In this document: piece after piece, positions 25,972 through 39,437 of the stretch
Numbering within the stretch: position 1 is the first letter of the stretch
Layout: each line of letters opens with the position of its first letter
Assembly: GCF_030028105.1 (NCBI RefSeq)
Contig: NC_092377.1
Location: 28,330,782-28,394,781, forward strand
Direction of reading: 5' to 3'
From: Mobula birostris
Taxonomy: Eukaryota
Length of the DNA: 64,000 bases
Position numbers and translations under genes: made by a program
Notes under the pieces: generated by a model
Seen by the model: the letters and a program-made list of their open reading frames with translations, nothing else
Database searches by the model: none
Told to the model about the DNA's origin: nothing

Positions 25972-26272
25972 TGGTATCCGCTGGGGGATCCCGGAAACAA
26001 ACCCCCGCGGATACGGGGAGCCAACTGTACTGGTTTGGTGAAGGAGGCATGGCACACTAGGCTAAACAGGCAACATGGTGAAGCATGAAAATGCAGGCTG
26101 TTTTGTGATTAGCATAAAACCGTTACTATCCAATAACAAAGCCCGATTGCTGACTATTTGAATCAACTGCTCGTTGAAGTCAGGATATTTTAATTTTCAA
26201 AAGTGTGATATTTTTACATTTTCTGCTGTGTTGCTTTGTAAAGTGATGCCAATTAAGCTTTCTGTGTTATAG

Positions 26273-26392
26273 CTTCTGGAGCTCCACAATTAGAAGAAAA
26301 CAGCGAGATTGCAAATAATGACCTGACTACTTGGAATTTCACTTGGCTGTTAAAGGATGAGACACCTTTGTCTACATATCAAAGACCACATG
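26273..26392 (+). CDS. ltk: Internal coding exon of an ALK/LTK-family receptor tyrosine kinase (equivalent to ALK exon 2, N-terminal extracellular region)
   Basis: Acceptor tctgtgttatAG at 26271-72 and donor GTgagt at 26393. Length 120 nt, phase 1-1, no stops: SGAPQLEENSEIANNDLTTWNFTWLLKDETPLSTYQRPH. Aligns without gaps to recalled human ALK exon 2 (also 120 nt; ...DYFTWNLTWIMKDSFP...), sharing D-x-x-TWN-x-TW-x-x-KD-x-x-P and the N-x-T sequon. Family call is strong; LTK versus ALK is only a modest lean to LTK. Confidence 0.88.
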
Positions 26393-26869
26393 GTGAGTAG
26401 ATTTTCAATAAACTAATATTGGCCATTTTTGTCCAATAATTAACATGTTTACCGTTCAGTAAATTCTTCATGCTTAAATGTGGTTCACTGTGCTATAAAT
26501 CATACTGTTTTTAGTTACCATTAAGGATTTTTCAATGTTAACTTAAAGAAAAGCTTTATTGTTATTGGACATTAAGAGTTAAGTGTTAAAAACTTTAGGA
26601 TAAGCCCAAATGCAATGACTTAGATGGCTATCAAACTTATTTTTCTTTTCTGATCGTGATTACAGAGGTAAGTTCTGATATCAACAACAAGCCAATAACC
26701 CTATTGACTGTAAAATCTAGACATCCCCTTTACTGAATTACATTCTTTTTGCACAATATAATTTATTGTTCAAATGTGAACAACAAAACAGAGAAACGTT
26801 GGTTCATTTGGTTGCATATACAGTGCATGTGTGTGTGTGTATATATATATATTTGATTTATTGGATATT

Positions 26870-27145
26870 TATTGACATACATGCGGAATAGGCCCTTCCA
26901 GCCCTTTGAGCTGTACTGCCCAATAACCCCCAATTTAATTATTTAATTCTAGCCTACCCGTGGAACAATCTACAATGACCAATTAACCTACCAACCAGTA
27001 TGTCTTTGGACTGTGGGAGAAAACCAGGAAACTCACGCGGTCATGGGGAAGGTGCACAAACTCCTTACAGGCAGCTACGGGATTTGAACCCGGGTCGCTG
27101 GAACTGTAAAGCGCTGTGCTAACCACTATGCTACCATGCCACCCC
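26870..27145 (-). mobile_element. HE1-type V-SINE
   Basis: tRNA head (reverse: ggtggcatggtagcatagtggttagc...ggttcaaatccc), V-domain ggactgtgggagaaaacc, CR1-like tail. Confidence 0.8.
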
Positions 27146-27148
27146 AAT

Positions 27149-27152
<4 letters not shown>

Positions 27153-27189
<37 letters not shown>
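27153..27189. repeat. (AC)n microsatellite
   Basis: About 18 perfect units. Confidence 0.98.
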
Positions 27190-27191
<2 letters not shown>

Positions 27192-27384
27192 CAGACGACA
27201 ATCAGCTTGAACTTGAAAATGGTTGATTATTGTATCAAGCAATTGGTACATATACACGAGTGGTGAAACTGCTCTGCATTTATAATAGATTTGGTGGCTC
27301 TGTGGTGGAACTAGCCAAGCTGCTGTCTGACAGCACCAATGAAATGGGTTCAACCTTGATCATAGGTGGAGCTTGTACAATTTC

Positions 27385-27612
27385 TCTGGTGTTTTCCTCC
27401 AGGAGCTCTGATTTTGTTTCCACATTTCAAAACGGGCAGGTTGGTAGATTAATTGAGCACTGTAAATTGCCCTTAGTGTACAGGTGAAAATACAACCTGG
27501 GAGGAATTGATGGGAATGCAGGGAGAATGACAATAGGATTAGTGTAGGATTAGTATAAGAAGGTGCTTGATCGCTGGCATGGACTCAAAGGGCCAAAGGG
27601 CCTGTTTCCATG
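27385..27612 (+). mobile_element. Old HE1/V-SINE 3' half
   Basis: taaattgcccttagtgta and ggactcaaagggccaaagggcctgtttcc. Confidence 0.65.
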
Positions 27613-28389
27613 TTTGTGTTTTTTTTTAACTGAAGGTTTTTTGCTGTGGCATTAAACCCACTTTAGGAACTCTGGAGTGTATTATGTACAAGTAGGACAT
27701 AAAAGACATTAACAGCAGGGTATGATGTGAAAATTGCTGCCACACCTAAACTGCCTTCCCTCTAGAAAATTAACAGAAGTATTCTGTAAGGACCATCCAC
27801 TTGACATAATTTTCATTTTGAAACATAATGCTGCATATGATTTGAAAACTCGTGAAGGACCTTGTCAAAAAACTCCAATAAAAGTTATTCTTGTGGAAAG
27901 AGTCCATTTGTTTCATACTCTAATGAAAACATCATTTAATGTGAAGGAAAACTGATTTTACGTGCTCCTCAGTAAATATTCTATATACGTAAAATCTTGA
28001 ATGCCAAATATCAATTTTGATTCCTGATTATAACATGCTGGATGAAATCATCTGGCTATGAAGAAAAGTGGATAGGTTTTCATTGATATACTTGGCATGG
28101 CCTCAGGTTGAGAGAGCAATGAATAATGACTCAGTCATCAATAGGTGGGAATGTTGCTTCAAATCCTACAATTGCAGCTGAGAAATTTAAAATCAAGTTG
28201 TTTAATATATTTGGAATGAAAGGATCAGTAATGAGTACCAGTTTCCACCTTTAGTTGGCTTGTCCTTTGTGACTCAAGTCTCACCACTGAGGCTGGCTTT
28301 TAACAGCCTTCTGAAGTAGCTCAGTAAAGAGATTACAGTATACGAGTCGTGTTTGTATCCTGTGACTGAATTTTAAAAAATAGGTCATT

Positions 28390-28765
28390 GAAAAGCACCT
28401 TTCTGCCATTGCAGTCATTTTGAAGTTTAGTCACTCTAGTTGAGAAGGAATCGGATAGCCAATACAGTATGTACAGGTAACACTCTTCCACAAACAGCCA
28501 GGTGACAAGGGCATATTTTGTTTACTGGAGCTAACAAAGGGATAAATATTGATCTGGAGAGTTAGGATAAATCTCCTAGGAGAGCATCAGCCTTGGTATA
28601 AAATGTAATCTGAAGAAAAGCACCTCTAACAGTGTGTTAGATCCTCAATACTTCACTGGAATGTCAGTCTAGAATTTTATGGTCAAGTTCCTGGCATGTA
28701 ACTTGAACCCTAACCTCCTGATTCAGAAGTGAAAGTGCTGCATACTAAACTGAGAAACAGTTGAC
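28390..28765 (-). mobile_element. Ancient Deu-domain SINE (SacSINE1-like); a second relic lies at ~55855-56170
   Basis: cacctctaacagtg...cactggaatgtcagtctaga...acttgaaccc...ctgattcaga. Confidence 0.55.
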
Positions 28766-29371
28766 ATGATCGTAGAAACAGTCCCAGAGTTGTTCCATTG
28801 GAATCTAATCTGACCAACCTGGAGTCATGCTCGTTGTGGCAGTGTTAGTATTGCACAGAACTGAATGATTCCCCACACCAGTGTGCAAGCATGAACATTA
28901 AGTGAGATTGACAACTTGAAGAAGATGTCACACGCAAAGCCAGTGCTCTTCCATAACATGCCGCTCGATCGTTTGCAAGCTAACTCCCTGAGATACCATA
29001 CAGCTCAGTGAATAGTTCACTTAGGCAGCACTTTTTTCCCCCCATATCTTTCCTTTACCTCCTTGTAGATGCTGTTCCACTTGCTCAGGTCTCAATAAAT
29101 GGGCATCGCCTACAAAAAAACTTGACAGTGATTGTTGACAGTCTAGCAGGAAAGCCACAGCTGAATCTGATGTTGACAATAGCAGTTTCAAGCTTAACCC
29201 TTCCACTGGCACGAACCTGTATGTAATTACATACTGATCCCTTTAAAGTACTGGGCTGCCACTGATAAGTAAGAAGAAATACTTGTATTTATTACGAAGC
29301 TTCCAAGATGTCCTAGAGCTTCACCATCAAAGTTCAAGGTAAATTTATATCAGAATACATATATGTTACCA

Positions 29372-29525
29372 TAGCAACACACACGCGAAGCTGGAGAAAC
29401 TCAGCAGGTCAGGCAGCATCCATGGAAATGAATAAACTGTCGATGTATTGAGCCAAGACCTTTCTTCATGACTGGAAGGGAAGGGAGAACATGCCAGAAT
29501 AAAAAGGTGGGTTGGGGGGGTGGGG
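29372..29525 (-). mobile_element. Penelope-derived short element within a Rex tail fragment
   Basis: ctggagaaactcagcaggtcaggcagcatccatgg; degenerate hammerhead. Confidence 0.65.
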
Positions 29526-30457
29526 GACACAGCCCTGAGGTTTGTTTTCTTGTGGGTATGCACAGTAAGTCCAAGAAACACAGCAGAATCAATGAAAGAC
29601 CTCACCCTACAGGACGGGGGTTTCATCCAGCTCAAATCTGATGAAAGAAGAGATGATTAAGATAAGCAAGTAGACTTTCTCATCTCTAGATTTAAAGTGT
29701 TGTGATTCATGTTGTTTGGGTTTTATTTTGGTCCCATTTTTCAAAGAAGCTTTGGCATTTCTAATAGTGTTATATCAATAGGGCAGTTTCACTCTCTTCT
29801 TTACCTTAGGCAATCCCTTGGAGGATGACAAAATGCTGTCACAGCATTTGATGTAGGAGCCATGCATCTGTTTTCTCTCTGTATTATAATCTGTGTTGTG
29901 CATTTATTATGGTTGTTTGCCACGTGTGTGGGGGCATGGTAAAAGTGAAAGGAATAACTTATGTATTCATGCTTTATTCTGGTTAGTTTTAGAGCTGAGG
30001 ACCGCTGGGTGGTGATATATTTTGTTGATCACTTAATTTCCTTTGTAATCACTTAACTCTACTTAACTTTACTTAAGTATGTTTAATATCACTGGTTTTA
30101 GTGTCATAAGTTTCAGTGCTTCAATATTGTATGTTTTGCTAGTTACTAATAAAGGATCAAATACATTTCTTTGACTTTTTGAACATTACTATTGGATTGG
30201 ATCTGAGGTTGGGTTATACAGAATAACTTCCCATGTTTGGTCTCTAAGAGGTTTGTTCAAGTAGCCGCTACAATGGCATAGCTATTTATAATGGAATACC
30301 TTAATGCTGTCATTCCCAGGTTTGGAGTATATTTTATTCTCATAGCCCATATATTTCTGTCCCTTAAATTTACTCAGCAGAAGATTGTCAGCTGGTCACT
30401 TGTACTTTTCCGGGATAAGTTCAGTGAAATTGCTCAAAGTCATAGATTTTAGTAGAG

Positions 30458-30653
30458 CAACACACATCAAAGTTGCTGGTGAACGCAGCAGGTCAGGCAG
30501 CATCTGTAGGAAGAGGTGCAGTCGACATTTCAGGCCCAGACCCTTCATCAGGACTAACATTAGTCCTACAGATGCTGCCTGACCTGCTGCATTCACCAGC
30601 AACTTTGATGTGTGTTGCTTGAATTTCCAGCATCTGCAGAATTCCTGTTGTTT
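30458..30653. mobile_element. Young fold-back Penelope-derived insertion
   Basis: Inverted arms; 13-bp TSD gattttagtagag at 30445-30457 and 30654-30666. Confidence 0.9.
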
Positions 30654-31606
30654 GATTTTAGTAGAGAATGATTTTGTTCATTATATTGTACATTACAAGG
30701 TAAAAAATGAGAGCAGTAGGACCAGTAAAGGAACACTGATCATTAGATGTCATTATATTTCATATTTCAATATTAATCAACAGGGTTTAATAGTGGAAAT
30801 AATAATGGAAATAAGTCTTCACATCAGTGAACAAATGCACAGAAATAGGAGCTTTCATGTAGAAGAGAAGAATTTCAATATTATTGAATTCCTTTTTGAG
30901 TTCAGTCACTGTTGATTGTTAGAAATCTGAATTAAAAAATTGGAAATACATTACCACACTGTAAGCAATCGAAAATGAAAGGCAGATGGAGTTGAAATCA
31001 AGTATAATATTTCTTGCAGATTCAAGGAAAGGTGCGTCCAAAACTTTAATACATCCTGAACTTTCATATACCTGCCAGACTACAGAACAGACGCATTATT
31101 TTTTCACCCTTATCTTATGTAAGGGTTTTTAGTTGTCAGTTAACTTTCAATACTCAGAAAATAAACAACGCATTTAAAAAAAAGAAACTAGTCACTATTG
31201 CACTGTCCGTTTAATCTGGCACCTCTATTTCAGAATGCTTCATTGATTGAGACAGTCAATCACAAAGAATGCAAAAACCCTCCACAGTTCAGCATGATAA
31301 TGCAAATTTTATAGTAAAGTGAATTGCATGCATTTCGCAAATGGAATTACATTGCCATCATTCAGAAAATTGAAATCACAATAAATAGCAAGCTATTATT
31401 GCAGAATTGTTAGCGTACGAAACAGACAACTTCAGAACACTGGGAAGTATTTGCAGAGAGCTCAGTGAATAGGGAGCAGATATTTAAAGCAATTGGTAGA
31501 GAGATTAAAGGGGAGTTGCAGAACAACTTCTTCACTCAAAGAACTCACAACATGATAGTGTGAGGGTTGAGGTAGAAATCTGAATTGCAATCAAAAGTAC
31601 TCAGGT

Positions 31607-33240
31607 GAGACACAAAACACTGCAAATGCCGAAAACTGAACCAAAAAAATGAGCTGCTGAAGGACTGAAAGATAGAGGAGAGACAGCCAGTGTAATGAGG
31701 TGCGGGGAAAGGGCACGGCAAGAACCGGCAAATGATAGGTGCATCCTGGTGAAGATAGGTTGCTTGGAGGATGGAGTCGGGTGAGGCAAGGAGGGGTAGA
31801 GGTAGTGAAAGAGGTAAGGTGGTGAGATGACATGGCAACAATGGACTGTAGATTATGGAATATGATAAGGAAGTGAAATGAAAAGAAACCAAATAAGGAA
31901 GGTGGAGATGGCCAGATAGATACAGTGTAGAGAGAGGACCCTGTGGAGAAGTGTGTTGCTGATGGGCATATGGCATCGTTTGGAGAAGGGAAAGAAACTG
32001 GTATATGGCAGGTCGGGAGACACAGAGATCATAGTTCCTATAGAAAGCAGAAAGGGGTGCGGATAGAATGATGAGATTATGTCACATCTGGTGGAAATGT
32101 CGAAGAATGTTGTGTTGGATGTGAAGGCTGGTATCATGAAAGAAAAGGACCAAGCAAACTTAATCCTCGTTCTGTCTGAGGGGAGGTGGTTTGAGAGCTT
32201 AAATGTGGGAAATTTTGTGAGATGTGGATGAGAGCTACATCAACCACAGTGGCTCGAAGGATGAGTAAGTAATTTTTCCTGAAAGAGGACATCTCAGAAG
32301 TCCTGGAGGACTTGGGAATAGGTGAGGTGGAAATGAAGAAACTAAAAAAAACGAATGGTCTCCTTAAAAGAGGCAGGGTGGGAGGAGGTTTAGTCCAGTT
32401 AGAAGGGGAGTTTATGGGTGCGAAGGTAATGCCGGTGGATAGATTCTCCCCTGTGGTAGAGATAGTGGATCACGAAAGGAGAAAGAGGTGTTGGAAATCT
32501 TCTGAGTGAAAGTGAAGATAGGGTGAATGTCACCAGCAAAATTAATAAGATTGATAAGTTCCATGCGGGTTCCGCAGGTAACACTGATGTAGTTTTTGAT
32601 GTAGTGGAGAAAGAAGAGGGGATTGGTGTCAGAGTTTATTGGGAACAAAGATCACTTCATGTAGACAACAGAAAGGCAGGCATAGCTGGGGCCCATGTGA
32701 GTGCCATGCCTAAAACTTTGATTTGTAGAAAGTGAGAGGAATCCAAAGAGCAGTTGTTCAGGGTAAGCATGAGTTCTGTCAGGCAGAGGAGAGTGTTGGT
32801 AGAGGGATTGATTGAATCTATGTTCTGGCAATGAATAGACAACTCTAAAACCTTCCTAATGGAGAATGGAAGTGTATAGGGATGGGCATCCATGAAGAAT
32901 ATGAGGCATGGGGAGGCAGAGAACTGGAAGTTGTTAAAGTTGTCGTGAGTGTACACGGTGTCAGGACAGACAAGAAGGGACAAGTATGAGGAGATAAAAT
33001 CAGTGGGACAAGAACAGTTGGCCTCCCAAAGGTGTGCTGTTTCTGAATCTTCTGTAGGTGATAGAAACAGAAAGGACAAGCTTAGGGAGCTATCACGTTG
33101 GATGCCATGGAGGGGAGGTCTCTTGATGTGATTAGATCTGTGATGCTCTTTGAAATAGTGATATGGTGTTCATTGGTGGGGTCATGGACATGGAATTGGC
33201 ATGAGAAGATATCCAATAACCTCTGTTATCCTCTGCAAGA
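31607..33240 (-). mobile_element. Old Penelope-like element (pLTR plus decayed RT)
   Basis: ELMLTLNN.S.DSSHFLQIK..MA...AP..A, HYI(DD)-like motifs. Confidence 0.7.
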
Positions 33241-33722
33241 TGACAGACTAACAGCTAGAAGGTAGATTTACCTCCGTTAGCTCTAAGCCAATGACTTCAT
33301 TCTGTGATAAACATTTCTCTGGTCCTGAAGCCATAAATTCCTACAATTCAGAAAACTTCATCAGCTTTAAGAAAAACTGATGTAAGTGTTTAAAGCAATT
33401 AAAATATAGCATACAGTCACAATAATACATTTGTCACAGCCAGCTTGTATTTTTAATATAGTTTTATAGAAGAGAAAGTAATTTCCTTTGAAGTACAGAT
33501 CTTCTTATAGCATCGTTGCTCTTTTTAAAACGTGATTTCCTGTTTTACTCAAAGATAAGTTTCTACTTCAGGGAGGTTTGCAGAAACATAGCAAGTAATG
33601 TGAGGGCCATAGAAATGCCAGGCATTGACAACCTCCCTGAACAAATCTAACTACCTACACTTGGACATTCAATAGCATCACCATCACCTGCTCCTGACCA
33701 TCAACATTCTTTGGGTCACTGT

Positions 33723-36700
33723 TCAAAGTTCAAAGTAAATTTACTATCAAAGTACATATCCAGTATGTCACCATGTACAACCCTGAGAATTAATTTCTTG
33801 TGGACATTGACATTCACAGTAAATACAAGAAATGCGATAGAATCAATGAATGATTGTCCTCAACTGCATGAACAACAACCAATGTGCAAAATACAACAAA
33901 TGGTGCAAATACCAAATGAGTGGAAAAAAATAGTAAATAAGCAAGCAAACAAACAATAAAAACAGAGCATAGAACATAGAATAGTACAGTACAGTACAGG
34001 CCCTTCGGCCCACAATGTTGTGCCGACCCTTAAACCCTGCCCCCCATCTAACCCCGAACCTTAAATTCCTCCATATACCCATATAGTAGTCTCTCAAATT
34101 TCACTAGTGTATCTGCCTCCACCACTGACTCAGGCAGTGCATTCCACACACCAACGACTCTCTGAGTAAAAAACCTTCCTCTAATACCTTACCTTACCTT
34201 CCCACCCCTTACCTTAAAGCCATGTCCTCTTGTATTGAGCAGTGGTGCCCTGGGGAAGAGGTGCTGGCTGTCCACTCTATCTATTCCTCTTAGTATCTTG
34301 TATACCTCTATCATGTCTCCTCTCATCCTCCCTCTCTCTAAAGAGTAAAGCCCTAGCTCCCTTAATCTCTGATCATAATTCATACTCTCTAAACCAGGCA
34401 GCATCCTGGTAAATCTCCTCTGCACCCTTTCCAATGCTTCCACATCTTTCCTGTAGTGAGGTGGCCAGAACTGGACACAGTACTCCAAGTGTGGCCTAAC
34501 CAGAGTTTTATAGAGCTGGATCATTACATCGCGACTCTTAAACTCTATCCCTCGACTTATGAAAGCTAACACCCCAATAAGCTTTCTTAACTACCCTTTC
34601 TACCTGTGAGCCAACTTTCAGGGATTTGTGGACATGTACCCCAGATCCCTCTGCTCCTCCACACTACCAAGTATCCTGCCATTTATTTTGTACTCTGCCT
34701 TGCAGTTTGTCCTTCCAAAGTGTACCACCTCACACTTCTCCAGGTTGAACTCCATCTGCAACTTCTCAGCCCACTTCTGTATGCTATCGATGTCCCTCTG
34801 CAATCTTCGACAATCCTCTACACTACCCACAACACCACCAACCTTTGTGTCGTCTGCAAACTTGCCAACCCACCCTTCTACCCCCACATCCAGGTTGACT
34901 TTCCCACCACAGACGTAAGGCTCACTGGTCTATAATTACCCGGACTAATCCTACTACCTTTTTTGAACAAGGGGGCAACATTCGCTTCCCTCCAATCCTC
35001 CGGTACCATTCCCGTGGACAACGAGGACATAAAGATCCTAGCCAGAGGCTCAGCAATCTCTTTCCTCATCTCGTGGAGCAGCCTAGGGAATATTCCGTCA
35101 GGCCCTGGGAACTTATCTGTCCCAATGTATTTTAACAACTCCAACACCTCCTCTCCCTTAATATCAACATGCTCCAGAACATCAACCTCACTCATATTGT
35201 CCTCACCGTCATCAAGTTTCCTCTCATTGGTGAATACCGAAGAAAAATATTCAATGAGGACCTCGCTCACTTCCACAGCCTCCAGGCATATCTTCCCACC
35301 TTTATCTCTAATCGGTCCTACCTTCACTCCTGTCATCCTTTTGTTCTTCACATAATTGAAGAATGCCTTGGGGTTTTCCTTTACCCTACTCACCAAGGCC
35401 TTCTCATGCCCCCTTCTTGCTCTCCTCAGCCCCTTCTTAAGCTCCTTTCTTGCTACCCTGTATTCCTCAATAGACCCATCTGATCCTTGCTTCCTAAACC
35501 TCATGTATGCTGCCTTCTTCCACCTTACTAGATTCTCCACCTCACTTGTCAGCCATATTTCTTTCACCCTACCAATCTTTATCTTCCTCACCAGAACAAA
35601 TTTATCCCTAACATCCTGCAAGAGATTGCTAAACATTGACCACGTGTCCATAGTACATTTCCCTGCAAGAACATCATCCCAGTTCACACCCGCAAGTTCT
35701 AGCCTTATAGCCTCATAATTTGCCCGTCCCTAATTAAAAATTCTCCTGTCCTCTCTGATTCTATCCTTTTCCATGACAATCCTAAAGGCCAAGGAGCGGT
35801 GGTCACTGTCCCCCAGATGCTCACCGACTGAGAGATCTGTGACCTGACCCAGTTCGTTACCTAATACTAGATCTAGTGTGGCATTCCTCCTAGTCGGCCT
35901 GTCCACATACTGCGACAGGAATCCGTCCTGGACACATTTAACAAACTCTGCCCCGTCTGAACCCTTGGAACTAATCAGGTGCCAATCAATCTTAGGGAAG
36001 TTAAAGTCACCCATGATAACAACCCTGTTATTTTTGCACCTTTCCAAAATCTGCCTCCCAATCTGCTCCCTGGTATCTCTGCTGCTACCAGGGGGCCTAT
36101 AGAATACTCCTGATAGAGTAACTGCTCCCTTCCTGTTCCTGACTTCCACCCATACTGACTCAAAAGAGGATCCTGCTACATTGCCCACCCTTTCTGTAAC
36201 TGCAATTGTATCCCTGACCTGTAATGCCACCCCTCCTCCCCTTTTCCTCCCTCTCTATCCCTTTTAAAGCACGGAAATCCAGGAATATTGAGAATCCACT
36301 CCTGTCCTGGTACCAGCCAAGTCTCTGTAATGGCCACTACATCATAATTCCATGCATGTATCCAAGCTCTCAGTTCATCGCCTTTGTTCAGATGCTTCTT
36401 GCATTGAAGTACACGCACTTTAGACCTTCTGCCTTACTACCTTTACACCGTTTATTCTGCTTCTCTTTCCTCAAAGCCTCTCTATATGTTAGATCTGGCT
36501 TTACTTCATGCACTTCTTCCACTGCTCTATCGCTCCCGGTCCCATTCCCCTTGCAATTAGTTTAAACCCTCCAGAACCATGCTAGCAAACCTACCTGCAA
36601 GGATATTGCTCCCCCTCGAGTTCAGGTGCAACCCATCCAATCTGTACAGGTCCCACCTTCCCCAGAAGAGATCCCAATGATCCAAAACTCTAAAACCCTG

Positions 36701-39290
36701 CCCCCTGCACCAACTCCTCAGCCATGCATTCAACTGCCATCTCCTCCAATTCTTACCATCACTATCACATGGCACTGGCAGCAATCCTGAGAACGCCACC
36801 CTTGAGGTTCTGTTCTTCAGCCTTCTGCCTAGTTCCCAAAACTCACACTTCAGCACCTCATCCTTCTTCCTGCCTATGTTGCTGGTACCAACATGTATCA
36901 CGACTTCTGGTTGCTTTCCCTCTCGTACCAGGATGTCATACACCCGGTCAGAGACATCCCGGACCCTGGCACCCGGGAGGCAACAAACCATGCGGGTGTC
37001 CTCACGTGCACAAAATCTCCTGTCCGCTCCCCTGACTATAGGGTCCCCAATGACGACAGCTCTCCTCTTCTCCGTCCCACCCTTCTGCATCACAGGATCA
37101 GACTCAGTGCCGGAGGCCCTCCCACCGTGGCTCACCCCTGGTCGGTCGTCCCTAAATAAATAAATAACTAGATGGATAAACAAATCTTGAGAAAATGTGT
37201 TTATAGAGCCATTGAAAGTGATAGGTTTTGGGAACAGTTCAGTGATGGGGCGAGTGAAGTTATCCCCACTGGTTCAAGAGCCTGATGGTTGAGGGGTATT
37301 AACTGTTCCTGAACCTTAAGGTTTGAGTCCTGAGGCTCCTGTGCCTTCTTCCTGACTTGGATGGTGGGGTCCTTGATGATAAATGCTGCTTTCCTGCAAT
37401 ATCACTCTGTGTAGGTGTGCTTAACAGTGGCGAGGGCTTTACCCTTGATGGATTGGGCCATATTCACTATTTTTTGTAGGCTTTTCTATTCAAGGGCACT
37501 TGTGTTTTCATACCAGGCTATGATGCAGCCAGTCAATATTCTCTTCACTGCTTATCCATAGAGGTTTGTCAAAGTCTTAGATGACATGCCAAATCTTTTC
37601 AAACTTATAAGGAAGTAGAGGTGCTGGCATGCTTTCTTCATAAGGGCACTTACGTGCCTGGTCCAGGATAGTTCCTCTGAAATGATAAGCTGACCCTCTC
37701 CACCTCTGATCTGCCAATGATGGCCAGCTCATAGACTTCTGGTTTTTTCCCTCCTGAAGTCAATAGTCAGCTCCTTGGTCTTACTGACATTGAGGAAGAA
37801 ATTGTTTTCCTGAAACTGCTCAGCCAAATTTTCAGTCTCACTCCTATGCGCTGATTCACCACCACCTTTGATCTGGTCAATGATAGTGGTGACATCAGCT
37901 CACTTAAATATGGTACTGGCCTCCAAGGCATAAGTATAAAGCGAGTAGAGCAGGGGGCCAAACACACAACCTTGTGATGGGCCTGTGCTGATAGAGATCG
38001 CCAAAAAAATGTTTTTGCCAAACTGAACTGGCCAAGGTTTGCAAGACAGGAATTCGAGAATCCAATTGCACAATTGAGGGCTTGGTTTTGAAGCCTATTG
38101 ATTAGTTTTGAAGGTATGATTGTATTGAATGCCAAGCTGTAATCAATGAAGAACATCTTGATGCATGCATTTTCGGTGTCCACATGTTCCATGGTTGAGC
38201 AGAGAGCCAATGAAATGGTATCTGCTGTTGAGCTGTTGTGATGGTAGTCATACTGGAGCAATTCAAGTTGCTTCACAGGCTGGAGTTGATGTGTTTTATC
38301 ACCAAACTCTCAAACTACTTCATTGGCGGTGTAAGTGCTACTGGATGACAGTCATTGTGGCAGGTTACCACATTCTTCTTAGGCACCAATATAATTGAAG
38401 CCTGCTTGAAGCAGGTGGGTACCTCAGACTGTCGAATTCAGAGGCTAAATATATCAGGGAACACTCCAGACAATTGATCAGCACAGGTCTTTAATACTCG
38501 GCCAGGTACCTGTCTGGGCCAGATGCTTTCCATGGGTTCACCCGCCTAAAGGATGCTTTAACATCAGCCTCAGAGACTGAAATCATAGGGTCATCGGGAC
38601 TGTGGGAGTTTGTGAAGGCGCCTCTATGTTTTGATGGTCAAAGTGAGCATAAAAGGCATTGAGCTCATCTGGGAGTGAAATCTTGTTGCCATCTATCTTG
38701 CTTGGTTTCACTTTGGTGGAGATGTTAACATTCAAGGCTTGCCACAGCTGCCGAGCATCCTTCAGTGTTTCGGGTTTGCTTCGAGTGCCATTTTGCATGT
38801 AAGATGGCTTTCTGGAAATCGTATGTGGACCTCTTGTATATTGTTTGGTCACCAGACCTGAATGCCACTGATCTGGCCCTCAATCAGATTGCAGTTCTCA
38901 TGTTTCATCCAGAGGTTCTAGTTGGGGAAGACTGAATGATTTTGTGGGGGCACACCTGTCTTCAACTGTTTTTATAAAATCCATGACATCGATGGTGTAT
39001 TTGTTTAGATCCTCCCACTTTAAGCAATCCTGTAGCCACTCCTCTGCCTCTCACTGCCACTTCTTTGTTGTCCTTACTTCTAGAGCCTAGCTCTTTGGCC
39101 TCTGCCTGTTCGCTGGTAGGAGGAGAACAAATTTCTCAAAACATAGTGTAGGCATGAAATGGTAAACATTCTTAATCGTACCATAGCAGTGTTGAGTTTC
39201 TTGGGACCCTTGGTGCTGCAAGTGGCATGTTGATGATATTTGGGCAGAAATGTCTTCATATAAGTCTGATTGAAGTCCCATCAACGATCT
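33723..39290 (-). mobile_element. Rex1/Babar LINE (EN-RT) interrupted by a CR1
   Basis: Tail at 33723; MFFIDYSLAFNTIIPSKL, LPDELNAFYAHF, HCYGTIKNVY motifs. Confidence 0.88.
33966..37152 (-). mobile_element. Young CR1 nested in the Rex1; esterase ORF1 and EN retained, RT internally deleted
   Basis: VVIGD.IVRG, HVGT, DGLHLN; YRPPG, GDFN, SDH; SVVGK fused to DLDVGVEGWVGKFADDTK near 34895; CR1 tail. Confidence 0.95.
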
Positions 39291-39297
39291 TAAAAGG

Positions 39298-39437
39298 TGT
39301 CATCAGGACTGATGAAAGGTCATGGCCCGAAATTACGACTATTTGCACTTTTCTATAGATGCTGCTGGCCTACTAAGTTCCTCCAGCATTTTGTGTGTGT
39401 TGCTTGTATTTCCAGCTTCTGCAGATTTTCTTGTCTG
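39298..39437 (+). mobile_element. Penelope-derived short element with degenerate hammerhead
   Basis: ctgatgaaaggtcatggcccgaaattacgact...ccagcattttgtgtgtgttgc. Confidence 0.75.

Larger units (their letters stand above)
24971..26027. mobile_element. Tigger/pogo-type non-autonomous DNA transposon (MER2/Tigger3-like) spanning a gap
   Basis: TIRs CAGTTGGCCCTCCGTATCCGCGG / CCGCGGATACGGGGAGCCAACTG, with TA on both sides (target cagTActg). Confidence 0.85.
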
